64,000 nucleotides of DNA from Tenuifilaceae bacterium (GTDB taxonomy: Bacteria; Bacteroidota; Bacteroidia; Bacteroidales; Tenuifilaceae), in assembly GCA_034006965.1 (NCBI GenBank), contig JAVERU010000001.1:5-64004 (forward strand). Reading direction: 5' to 3'. A program made the translations under genes and the position numbers. The notes under the pieces were generated by a model, which was not told the origin of the DNA, did no database searches, and worked only from the letters and a program-made list of their open reading frames with translations. Below are positions 11,001 through 19,138 of this stretch, piece after piece; the stretch's first letter is position 1, and each line of letters begins with the position of its first letter.

Positions 11001-11183
11001 GATGGAGAAATTGCCATCAATATCGGTTGAAGTTCCTATTGAAGTCCCCTTAACAACAACCGTGGCGCCGGGTAGGCCTTCACCAGTAACGGCATCCTTA
11101 ACCTGACCCGTTAACTGGTTCTGGGCCTGAGCAAGAATGGCTGATGAGCAGAATAGTAGAATAAGTAAAAGGTGTTTTTTCAT
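8067..11183 (-). CDS. susC: SusC/RagA family TonB-dependent transporter (no STN domain)
   Basis: Signal peptide, carboxypeptidase-regulatory-like N-domain, LKGGAATALYGIRAANGAILITTKSG, GRNDWSSTLP. Confidence 0.95.
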   Translation of the reverse strand: MKKHLLLILLFCSSAILAQAQNQLTGQVKDAVTGEGLPGATVVVKGTSIGTSTDIDGNFSIVSQSDNDILVFRFVGYESAEVPVKGKSVINISLNPEMLTLDEIIVTAIGIKSEKKSIGYAAQDVKGDELTSVQQSNIVNSLSGKVAGVEVVSSSGTPGASANIVIRGRSSLSSNNSPLFVIDGVPMSNEYSGSYYVDHSNRAIDVNSNDVESVTVLKGGAATALYGIRAANGAILITTKSGKGAGDFRRNITFKSTLGFDQVNKLPEKQYLYAQGSNGVYSSSANTSWGPPIETLRYDGATDYLLDKNGRIVPMDHPTATEMRVVPYDNVNDFFQTALKSDTYLSMSGGTAKGNYFTSVGYLNQSGIVPNSEFSKASFRLTGDIGLTDNLKVSGTASYTNSGGTFMQRGSNLSAVMVGLMRLTPTFDITNGTDDPVNDESAYMLPDGTQRNYYPNYDNPYWSINKNKATSEVNRLIGNTQVDYKILPWMTAMYRVGIDFYTDIRNNYLDNNSSDTDNGYIDISNYQFRSVNSDFVISAERNLSENLKLSVIGGHNYYTYDTYNIYQRGELFILPDFYDVSNTAETSGDDTKTKYKIVGAYYDLKLAFKNYLFLNTTGRNDWSSTLPAEKNSFFYPSVNLSFIFSDAFGLNDKLPFFDYGKIRASWAQVGNDAGLYALNDYYSAIDGGLQGQVTYATRTSIGNKNIRPEKTLSTEVGVDLRFFKNRIGVDFAYYTSKSDGQIISVPIPYSTGFASMTLNSGVVSNNGVEIQLFGSPVKGKDFGWDVHLNFAKNNNMVEELPEGIPLIEFATTGLSSTRSVGIEGQPFGVLYGGRYLRNENGDILVGDDGYPLIDPVAGVVGNPNPDFIIGLRNSFNFKGIVLSALLDVRQGGDIYNGTRGVMTSLGTHKNTENREEDFIFEGINVNTGEPNTVVVKRDRDYYSRQGGLAGLSEAYIEDGSWIRLREVSLSYSVPKKLLGKLPISALNLGVNARNLFLFTEYQGIDPETNLSGASNSLGRDYFNMPSTKSIEFSVQITY

Positions 11184-11230
11184 GGGGTATTCAGTTTTGT
11201 TATAGCAATTTGAATTTGGCTTTTAGTACT

Positions 11231-11259
11231 TAATACTCCAATTACCCTTTAACCCCTTA
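11231..11259 (-). promoter_or_regulatory. Putative ECF-sigma promoter for the second susC-susD
   Basis: Minus strand TAAGGG-N17-GTATTA. Confidence 0.75.
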
Positions 11260-11307
11260 ATCAAAAATCTCCTTTTTAACTTTTTTGTTAAAAATCTTTG
11301 GCACAAT

Positions 11308-11336
11308 TAAGGGTTAGCATCACCATATATGTATTA
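11308..11336 (+). promoter_or_regulatory. Putative ECF-sigma promoter for the T9SS cargo gene
   Basis: TAAGGG-N17-GTATTA. Confidence 0.75.
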
Positions 11337-11378
11337 GTAAGCAGAGGAATACCATTATTAACTTAAATCGACCTGCTT

Positions 11379-13862
11379 ATGAAACCAAAAATTTTACTCA
11401 TTTCACTTCTCGCGATCTTCAGCATTAGCCTGAATGCGCAACCCCTTAATTGGTATGAAGATTCACCCTCGACCTTTGAACCAATGGTTGTAGTTCCCGA
11501 TTTTGATAATTTTTCTGAGGGCTCAAAATCAGCAAAAATTACCTTTACTGAAACGGGAACCCCTTGGTTTGTTAGCGATGAGTTTAATATCACTGCAAAC
11601 ACCACCTACAATTTTTCCATTGACTTTTTGGATAATGACGCAGGTGGGGAATATAATGTCCGGCTATACTTTGTCCTAGACGACGAATCCTCACCCCACG
11701 AAACCACTGACTACACGGTTGACAACGAGACTTGGCAAACATTGACCCTTACAGGAACTTCCCCAGCCAATGCAGTTAAAGCATACCTTGTAATTAGAGT
11801 GGTTGATGTTGCTGATGCATGGGAAGGCTCAGCATCTTTTAATATCGACAATGCTATTTACACCGAGAATGGTGGTAGTAATCTTATTGCCAACCCAGGA
11901 TTTGAAGAATGGCCTACCCCTGTTATCCCTGAGGGATCAACCCTTGTTGACTGGTGGGAGGATTCCCCACCTGATTTTGAACCTATGGTTGTTGTTCCAG
12001 AGTTAGAAATTGTGTCGCACGGTTATGTGGCAGCCAAGATTACCTTTACCGAAACAGGTACTCCCTACTTTGTAAGCGATACTTTTGATGTAACCGGATC
12101 AACAGCTTTCGATTTTTCCCTTGATATCCTTGACAACGATCCTGGGGCAGAAGTTAACCAAAGGATTGTATTTATTAATGCCGACGAAAGCACAATTAAC
12201 GAAACCTCTTCGGAATATACCGAGGATAATGCAGATTTTGTTAAGTACACCCTTTCGGGCACTACTCCCGAGAATGCTGTTAAAGCCTATGTGATTCTCC
12301 GTATTTACGACGTATCAGCCAGCTGGGATGGTGCAGGGACCTTTTACATTGATAATGGCAGCTTTACCCTTGGAGGAGGAGACACTAATTTGCTCCCCAA
12401 CTGGAGCTTTGAGGAGTGGGCTCCCCCATCAAATCTACCAGAGTTTCTAACCTATGCTTTCGAGGGTTTAAGCCCTGCGGTTAATGGCACCATCGACAAA
12501 ACAGCTCATACCGTATCATTGGCCGTTCCCTTTGCAACCGATGTTACCAACCTTGTGGCAACCTACACCTTAACCGAAGGTGCAACAGCCAAGGTTGGCG
12601 AGACCGATCAGGAAAGCGGAACTACGCCAAACGATTTCAGTAGCCCAGTAACCTACACACTTGCCGCCGATGGAGGTGAGCCAACACAAGACTGGGTTGT
12701 AACCGTTAGTAAAAACCCTGCCAGCTCGGCTAAGCAAATACTTTCATTTGTACTCGAAGATTTAGAGCCAGAGGTTTATGGCGATATTGACGATGCCCAA
12801 GGAACAATTCTACTTAATGTTCCCACGGGAACAAATGCAACCGCACTTGTTCCAACCATTAGCGTATCGCCATTTGCAAGCGTATCGCCCGCCAGTGGTG
12901 TGGCACAAAACTTCACCAGTGCTGTTACCTATACCGTTACCGCCGAGGATGAGTCAACCAAAGAGTATGTTGTTACCGTGGCAGAAACAAGCGAGACCGT
13001 TCTATTCCAAGAGTACTTTGAGGGTATTCCAAGGGTAATCCCCGAAGAGTTTACCCTTATAAACAATGATGGCTATACTCCTGCATCGGAGGGTGATGCA
13101 GCATTTGCCGATAGCGCTTGGACTGTGGGAGTAACTGGCAGGCCTGAGTTTGCTGGCACCCATATTGCTATTGCTTGCTCATACTACAGCAATATGCCTG
13201 CAGACGGAAGAGCAGACGACTGGCTTATCTTGCCAGCCATAACAATTGGGGCAAACAGCACTCTATCGTGGAAAGCCATGTCGCTAACTTCATCAGGTAA
13301 CTTTCCTGACTCCTACAGAGTTATTGCTGCACCAGCGAGCGATGCATTAGCCCCAACCGTAAGCTATTTCGAGGAGAATGGTACAGTTCTCCTAACGGTG
13401 AATGACGAGAGTTGGTCTGCTGCCGTTGGAAATCCTGGGGATGGTATTTCGAATCGATCCATCAACCTGAAAGATCAGGGTTACACCAACCAATCGGTAT
13501 GGATTGCCTTCGTGTTGATTACCGGAGATGGGGGTGGTTCCTACCTTGCCATTGATGACATTAAAGTTATTGAGGGTGCTGCCACCGGCGTAAATCAACC
13601 TGTCGAAACACGCTTAAATGTAAAGGTATACCCCAACCCAACATCTAGTATGTTTAACATTGCTGTATACTCGGAGAAGTACACTACTGCCAATGTTGAG
13701 GTTTTTGATCTAATTGGTAGGCAAATATTTTCTACAAATGCTGAAGTAGGTCAAGGAGAGAGCCTAATTAGACTTAATGCCACAGAATTCAAGAAAGGAA
13801 TATACCTTGTACGAACACGTGTTGATGGTAAAACTAATGTTACCAAACTTCTTGTAAATTAA
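11379..13862 (+). CDS. T9SS-secreted multidomain protein: two CBM4/9-like repeats, two Ig-like (DUF5018-like) repeats, cleaved-adhesin/choice-of-anchor-J domain, type A CTD
   Basis: Signal peptide. Internal repeat W(Y/W)EDSP..FEPMVVVP...AKITFTETGTP x2, DFSSPVTYT/NFTSAVTYT x2, ADDWLILP...LAIDDIKV, and CTD VYPNP...KGIYLV...TKLLVN. Confidence 0.8.
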   Translation: MKPKILLISLLAIFSISLNAQPLNWYEDSPSTFEPMVVVPDFDNFSEGSKSAKITFTETGTPWFVSDEFNITANTTYNFSIDFLDNDAGGEYNVRLYFVLDDESSPHETTDYTVDNETWQTLTLTGTSPANAVKAYLVIRVVDVADAWEGSASFNIDNAIYTENGGSNLIANPGFEEWPTPVIPEGSTLVDWWEDSPPDFEPMVVVPELEIVSHGYVAAKITFTETGTPYFVSDTFDVTGSTAFDFSLDILDNDPGAEVNQRIVFINADESTINETSSEYTEDNADFVKYTLSGTTPENAVKAYVILRIYDVSASWDGAGTFYIDNGSFTLGGGDTNLLPNWSFEEWAPPSNLPEFLTYAFEGLSPAVNGTIDKTAHTVSLAVPFATDVTNLVATYTLTEGATAKVGETDQESGTTPNDFSSPVTYTLAADGGEPTQDWVVTVSKNPASSAKQILSFVLEDLEPEVYGDIDDAQGTILLNVPTGTNATALVPTISVSPFASVSPASGVAQNFTSAVTYTVTAEDESTKEYVVTVAETSETVLFQEYFEGIPRVIPEEFTLINNDGYTPASEGDAAFADSAWTVGVTGRPEFAGTHIAIACSYYSNMPADGRADDWLILPAITIGANSTLSWKAMSLTSSGNFPDSYRVIAAPASDALAPTVSYFEENGTVLLTVNDESWSAAVGNPGDGISNRSINLKDQGYTNQSVWIAFVLITGDGGGSYLAIDDIKVIEGAATGVNQPVETRLNVKVYPNPTSSMFNIAVYSEKYTTANVEVFDLIGRQIFSTNAEVGQGESLIRLNATEFKKGIYLVRTRVDGKTNVTKLLVN

Positions 13863-13879
13863 CACACAGAACCTTCTTA

Positions 13880-13916
13880 AACAAAAAGGGCTCTCGACAT
13901 GAGAGCCCTTTTTGTT
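13880..13916. terminator. Intrinsic terminator
   Basis: AACAAAAAGGGCTCTC-GACAT-GAGAGCCCTTTTTGTT, a perfect hairpin after the stop at 13862. Confidence 0.9.
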
Positions 13917-14319
13917 CGTCTGTACTAGGTGGAATAACCACAAGCAATTAATTCGATATGTGTTTTCCGACGTTTAGAGTGATCCTACAATTTCAAGCAA
14001 ATTTGTTTAGGATGTTAGATAAGGATAATTGTTTACACAAACATTTACAGCAAGATATGCATTTAAACCTTTAGGTATAGGCATTTAGGTATCACATCTA
14101 AAAACACATAAGTACAGCAATGCTTTTAACATGTTAAGTAGCCGAGTATGATAAGGAAAACGATATGTGCAAGTGAAATTGCCATACGATAAAACCTATA
14201 ATATTGACATACAGCACTATCAAGGTGCAACTTAAACGCCATTACCTATAAACCTTTTTGGTAGATATATAGACTCATAAGCTAACTCAATATAATTTCA
14301 ATTGAAAGTTACCTTCCTG

Positions 14320-15702
14320 CTAGCTATACTCAAAAAGCAAAACTGGGGGAATAAGTAAAAGCAAGGCCAAGGCAAAAAGAATTAAGATTAGCGGCAAGAG
14401 CCATTTAAACCACTTGCTATACGGAATATTTGTCATTGATAAAACCCCCATGGTTACGCCACTTGTTGGCACAATCATATTATTGAGCCCATCGCCCATT
14501 TGAAAGCACAAAACTGCCGTTTGGCGGGTAACGGCAATTAAATCGCTTAGCGGGGCCATAATGGGCATAGTTAAAGCTGCCTGCCCTGAACCCGATGGTA
14601 TAAAAAAGTTAAGTACTCCTTGAAAGATAAACATCAGCTGAACAGAAAGCACCTTGCCAAAATTATCGGTAACAGAAACCATTGCGTTAAGCATAGTGCC
14701 AATAATCTTTCCATCGGTAGCAATAATAAGTAATCCCTTTGCCAAACCAATTATTAGCCCAGCCATCAGCATATCTTTAGCCCCTCCCACAAATGCCTTA
14801 ATAGCTTCTGGCATTGCCAATCGGTAAATCAATGCGCTAGCTATACCCAAAGCAATGAACAGGGCAGAAATCTCATTAATGTACCAGCCCAATTTGCGAG
14901 ATCCATAAACAATCATACCTAAGGATAGGAACAGAAGGATTACTATGGCTTTTCGTTTGTAGCCAAACGACATATCACTATCAACCGATTCATCCTGAGA
15001 TTTTCGCTTCTGATCGACACTAAAAACGGGACTCAAGCTTGGTGATTTCTCAATACGACTTGCGTATCGAAGGACATAGATCACGGCCACAGATGTTAGA
15101 ATAAACCAAATGAGCAAACGATACTCCCATCCGCTAAAAAGGGGAATCTCTGCAATACCCTGCGCTATACCTATGGTAAAGGGGTTGGTTATTGCACCAG
15201 CAAACCCAACACCCGCAGCCAAAAAAGATACAGAAATACCCACAATTGAGTCGTAGCCTAAGGCTAACGCCAAGGGCACTGTAATAAGAATAAAAACAAG
15301 GACCGACTCACTCATCCCAAAAGTTGCTCCGCAAACCGAAAAAACAACCATAAGCATTGCAAGTACCCATCGTTTTGAACTCCGGTTTTTACTGCTGTAG
15401 ATAATTAAGTTGCTTAAACCAGCATTTATTGCACCTGTCCTGTTAAGTATACCAAATGCGCCGCCAACCAATAGGCAAAAGCCAATAATTTGGGCTGCAC
15501 TTACAAAACCTTTAATGGGTGCGGTAAGAAAATCGAATATGCCCTGTGGGTTCGGCTCTACCCTATGGTAGCTTTCGGGAATAACTACTTCGCGTCCATT
15601 CTGCTCTTTGTAATCATACTCACCCGCAGGTATAATCCAAGTAAGCGCAATAAACAGAACCATTATGGAAAGGATAATTGTGATGGCGTGGGGAAACTTC
15701 AT
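14320..15702 (-). CDS. yfcC: YfcC/DcuC-family transporter (putative basic amino acid or dipeptide carrier)
   Basis: Polytopic membrane protein with LTWIIPAGEY, NPFTIGIAQGIAE, FIPSGSGQAALTMPIMAPLSDL, FQMGDG and PTSG motifs. Confidence 0.88.
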   Translation of the reverse strand: MKFPHAITIILSIMVLFIALTWIIPAGEYDYKEQNGREVVIPESYHRVEPNPQGIFDFLTAPIKGFVSAAQIIGFCLLVGGAFGILNRTGAINAGLSNLIIYSSKNRSSKRWVLAMLMVVFSVCGATFGMSESVLVFILITVPLALALGYDSIVGISVSFLAAGVGFAGAITNPFTIGIAQGIAEIPLFSGWEYRLLIWFILTSVAVIYVLRYASRIEKSPSLSPVFSVDQKRKSQDESVDSDMSFGYKRKAIVILLFLSLGMIVYGSRKLGWYINEISALFIALGIASALIYRLAMPEAIKAFVGGAKDMLMAGLIIGLAKGLLIIATDGKIIGTMLNAMVSVTDNFGKVLSVQLMFIFQGVLNFFIPSGSGQAALTMPIMAPLSDLIAVTRQTAVLCFQMGDGLNNMIVPTSGVTMGVLSMTNIPYSKWFKWLLPLILILFALALLLLIPPVLLFEYS

Positions 15703-15716
15703 TTGCTCCGCAACTA

Positions 15717-17741
15717 TTAATTTACAACTATTCTTTTGGTTACCACCATATTATTGAGGGCATAAGCCTCAACCAAATAGATCCCTTTTGGAAAGTTAAG
15801 GCTACTAATATCAATTGACAATTCCTTCTCGTTAAGCACACTGGAATACACCCTAACGCCAATCATATTATACACTCTAACTCCAATTAGCTTTACATTT
15901 GAGCTGATATTTAGCTGATCCGAAGTTGGGTTAGGAAACATTCTAATACTTGGCATTTCCAATTCCTCATCAATGCCGGTTGCGGCCGATTCAAAATCGG
16001 CCAGCATATACTCCTGCCCCTCATTCAAAAATGATAGGTACATAAAATCAAAGGCCGCCTTTGTATCAGGGTTACCCGTTCCGCTGTATGTTTGCGACAC
16101 TATCTCCCCTCTTGTACCATGCAATGTTTGTACAAATACTGGTGATGCTCCATAGACAGTAAACATAGCCTTGTTATCCTTTCCCTTGAACAGAATGTAG
16201 TTATCATCATTCAACCAAATACCGTTCTTTACACCTTGGCTAACCATTGCGTAGGGAATAGCAGCATTTGTTCCATGCCAGTATGTTGTTACGGCTCCGC
16301 TTTGGGGCCGCTCAAATGTTTTGGGAATAATGGTTGCCGTTTTTATAAGGCCGAATCCGTTGCTTATGGTGGCATTGGCACTAGCATTAATATAATTATC
16401 CACAACCACCTGCCCGCAGAAACGTGCGTTATCGCCAATAAACGCAAGGTATAAGGCTCTGCTTACAAAGGCTTCCTTCAGCGCATTTGCTGCGACGCCT
16501 CCCGAATTGTAAAAAAGGGTAATAAGGTTGTTGGTATTATTGCCAACAAAAAGAAATTTTTGGGCAGAGCGAATTAGGCTGGCCAGCTCCGAACTGGTTG
16601 AGGTTTCACCCGTAGCTTCATATACATGAACATTGGATGCACCAAATCCGTTTAGCTTGGCTTTATATTCTAGAGCAAGGCTTTGGTCTTGTCCGGTTAG
16701 CACAATGATTTCCTCTTGGCGATTCACCTCAGCAGCAAATTGCTCAAGCAAACTTTCGTTGGTTGTGTTCAACCTATCGCCCCCGCTGATATAAATTTTT
16801 GAGGGAGTGGTTTCAATTGTGCTACTAGGCTCAACAGCAGAGCCAAACGCATCAACCACAAAGGTATTTAGGTTAATACTCCTTCCGTGTGAAAGCTGAG
16901 TAATCTCAAGAGAATCAACTGCCAATGCAGTGCTTGGCGAATAGGCAATACCGCTACGCTCCCTTACTATGCTTACGATTCCTGCACCATACGCTGTAGC
17001 CCTTCCATCAGGATTAATAGCTAGGGCTGTAATCTCATCAACACCAATGCCTACCAAACTTTCGTTCTTGTTCTTTTTCCAGTGAGCCATAAAAGCCGCT
17101 AATCGACCTAATCGACCACGGTTGGTGTAATGCGAATCAAAAACGAAGCCAGGCATCATTCTCAAAAAATCATCACGCAGGGTAATGGTGATCAGATTTG
17201 TATTCTTAACCGCACCATTTGAATAGGACTCGCCATGCTCAGCAACAAAGGTTGTTCCCGACAAAATAGCCAGTCCGGCAGAGGTCCCACAAATTACTCC
17301 ACCGCTGTTGAACTTGCTGTGGATAACCTCTTCCATTAATTGCCCCTTCCACTGATTGTAATACTCCCATTGATCGCCTCCCCTAAAGTAGAACATATCA
17401 TAACCACTTATTTCATCCATTAAGGAAGCATCATTTGCACCAATGCTATTGACCACAAAACTCTTTACCTCTGAGGCACCACAGTATGTTTTAAAATAAT
17501 TTTCGAAGGCTGATGAAGTGGTTGTTGCATAATGTATAATTGCCACCTTTTTATTGGCACTTTGGTTAACCGCCCAGCAAAAAGCCTCGTAGTTCCACGA
17601 TGTGGTTGATGTAATATTCTCGCTTCCTCCACCAATAATAAGTAGGCTTCCCTTGTTCTCAGAGGCATAAAGATTGATTGCGCAAAATGAAAACAGGGCA
17701 AGTAGACACATCCATTTCGATGGTAAAAAATCTTTCATCAT
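15717..17741 (-). CDS. Secreted cyanophycinase-like protein: active S51 domain, degenerate S51 domain, T9SS CTD
   Basis: Signal peptide. Domain 1 has LLIIGGG, GGDQ, GTSAG, DSHY..RGRLGRL, GVDEITA. Domain 2 has IYISGG but lacks the nucleophile and His motifs. CTD MFPNP...KGIYLV...KRIVVN. Confidence 0.85.
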   Translation of the reverse strand: MMKDFLPSKWMCLLALFSFCAINLYASENKGSLLIIGGGSENITSTTSWNYEAFCWAVNQSANKKVAIIHYATTTSSAFENYFKTYCGASEVKSFVVNSIGANDASLMDEISGYDMFYFRGGDQWEYYNQWKGQLMEEVIHSKFNSGGVICGTSAGLAILSGTTFVAEHGESYSNGAVKNTNLITITLRDDFLRMMPGFVFDSHYTNRGRLGRLAAFMAHWKKNKNESLVGIGVDEITALAINPDGRATAYGAGIVSIVRERSGIAYSPSTALAVDSLEITQLSHGRSINLNTFVVDAFGSAVEPSSTIETTPSKIYISGGDRLNTTNESLLEQFAAEVNRQEEIIVLTGQDQSLALEYKAKLNGFGASNVHVYEATGETSTSSELASLIRSAQKFLFVGNNTNNLITLFYNSGGVAANALKEAFVSRALYLAFIGDNARFCGQVVVDNYINASANATISNGFGLIKTATIIPKTFERPQSGAVTTYWHGTNAAIPYAMVSQGVKNGIWLNDDNYILFKGKDNKAMFTVYGASPVFVQTLHGTRGEIVSQTYSGTGNPDTKAAFDFMYLSFLNEGQEYMLADFESAATGIDEELEMPSIRMFPNPTSDQLNISSNVKLIGVRVYNMIGVRVYSSVLNEKELSIDISSLNFPKGIYLVEAYALNNMVVTKRIVVN

Positions 17742-17756
17742 TATAACGTTTATATT

Positions 17757-17785
17757 TAGTACGCATTAAAGTCTACTTGCCCTTA
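17757..17785 (-). promoter_or_regulatory. Putative ECF-sigma promoter for the secreted cyanophycinase and yfcC
   Basis: Minus strand TAAGGG-N17-GTACTA. Confidence 0.75.
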
Positions 17786-17835
17786 CTCTCATAGATAAAA
17801 TCGTTTGTGGGATCGTAAAAAAGTGTACATCTTGT

Positions 17836-17864
17836 TAAGGGCAAGTGGTGTATACCTCGTATTG
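17836..17864 (+). promoter_or_regulatory. Putative ECF-sigma promoter for iadA-cphB-yfcC
   Basis: TAAGGG-N17-GTATTG. Confidence 0.75.
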
Positions 17865-17915
17865 CTTATTGTTTAGTTGATGTACTCGAAGTGGTCACCT
17901 AATAACCAGTAAAAG

Positions 17916-19082
17916 ATGAGCATAACCATAATAAAAAACGCAGAACTATATAGCCCCCATAAAATGGGGAAGTGCGATATCCTAATTGCCGGATCGGAGG
18001 TTGCGCAGATTTCAAAGAACATCGACGTTCCCTCTAGTTGGAATGCTCATATAATTGATGCCTCAGGGCTAATTGCCATTCCTGGGCTAATCGACTCGCA
18101 TGTGCACATTGCCGGTGCAGGCGGTGAGGGAGGCCCCGCAACACGAACACCCGAAATGCAACTTAGCCAAATGCTAACAGCCGGAGTAACAACTGTGGTA
18201 GGCTGTTTAGGAACCGATGGGATGACCAGAAATTTAGAATCGGTTCTAATGAGGGTTAAAGCGCTAAGAGCTGAAGGGGTTAGCGCTTGGATGTATACAG
18301 GAGCTTACCAAGTACCTACGCCCACTATCCTTGGTGATGTAGGGAAGGACCTGGCTTTAATTGAAGAGGTCATTGGAACTGGAGAGATCGCACTTTCCGA
18401 TCATCGTTCCTCGGGATTCAATCTAAACGATTTAATCCACCTAGTAGCTCATACCCGAGTTGGTGCAATGCTGGGAGGAAAAGCGGGGATAGTTAACATT
18501 CATATGGGCGATGCTCAAAATCCTTTTAAACCCCTTTACGATATTGTTGAGCATAGCGAGCTTAAGCTAAAGCAATTCTTACCAACGCATTGCAATAGGA
18601 ATAGCTACATCTTTGAGGATACCAAAGAATACGGAAAATCGGGTTATGTTGATCTGACAACCAGCTCTTACCCTGTATTTGCTGAGTTCGAGATCAAACC
18701 ATCGGTTGCTATCGTTGAACTGCTGAAAGCGGGTGTCCCCATAAATCATATTACCATGAGTAGCGATGCCTGTGGATCATTGCCCCATTTCGATGAGAAT
18801 GGTAATCTGGTAAAACTAGAAACAGGAGCAATGAAAACCCTTTACAGCGAGCTAGTAGATGCAGTTGTTAACGAGGGGCTTGATCTTGAGATAGCCCTAC
18901 AAACAGTAACGAGCAATGTGGCCAACATCCTAAAAATTAAGCGCAAAGGAGGAATTACTCAGGGCAAGGACGCAGATATTGTGCTAATAAACAAAAAATT
19001 TGGCATTGAGTATTATATGGCAATGGGAGAAGTAATGGTAAATAAGAAACAGATCCTAAAAAAAGGCACATACGAAAAATAG
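17916..19082 (+). CDS. iadA: Isoaspartyl dipeptidase (beta-aspartyl peptidase, amidohydrolase family M38)
   Basis: PGLIDSHVHIAGAGGEGGPATRTPE, GVTTVVGCLGTDG, GEIALSDHRSS, LGGKAGIVNIHMG, PTHCNR, SSDACGSLP. No signal peptide. Confidence 0.96.
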   Translation: MSITIIKNAELYSPHKMGKCDILIAGSEVAQISKNIDVPSSWNAHIIDASGLIAIPGLIDSHVHIAGAGGEGGPATRTPEMQLSQMLTAGVTTVVGCLGTDGMTRNLESVLMRVKALRAEGVSAWMYTGAYQVPTPTILGDVGKDLALIEEVIGTGEIALSDHRSSGFNLNDLIHLVAHTRVGAMLGGKAGIVNIHMGDAQNPFKPLYDIVEHSELKLKQFLPTHCNRNSYIFEDTKEYGKSGYVDLTTSSYPVFAEFEIKPSVAIVELLKAGVPINHITMSSDACGSLPHFDENGNLVKLETGAMKTLYSELVDAVVNEGLDLEIALQTVTSNVANILKIKRKGGITQGKDADIVLINKKFGIEYYMAMGEVMVNKKQILKKGTYEK

Positions 19083-19138
19083 TCCCCCCGTCACTAAGCT
19101 TATAAGTGCCTAGTTTTTAAACAAATAAAAATTGAATT

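Noticed and set aside
13920-14315. Hidden gene or RNA in the 400-bp convergent gap
   Set aside because: AT-rich, with no ORF of 60 aa or more and no convincing structure beyond the upstream terminator.
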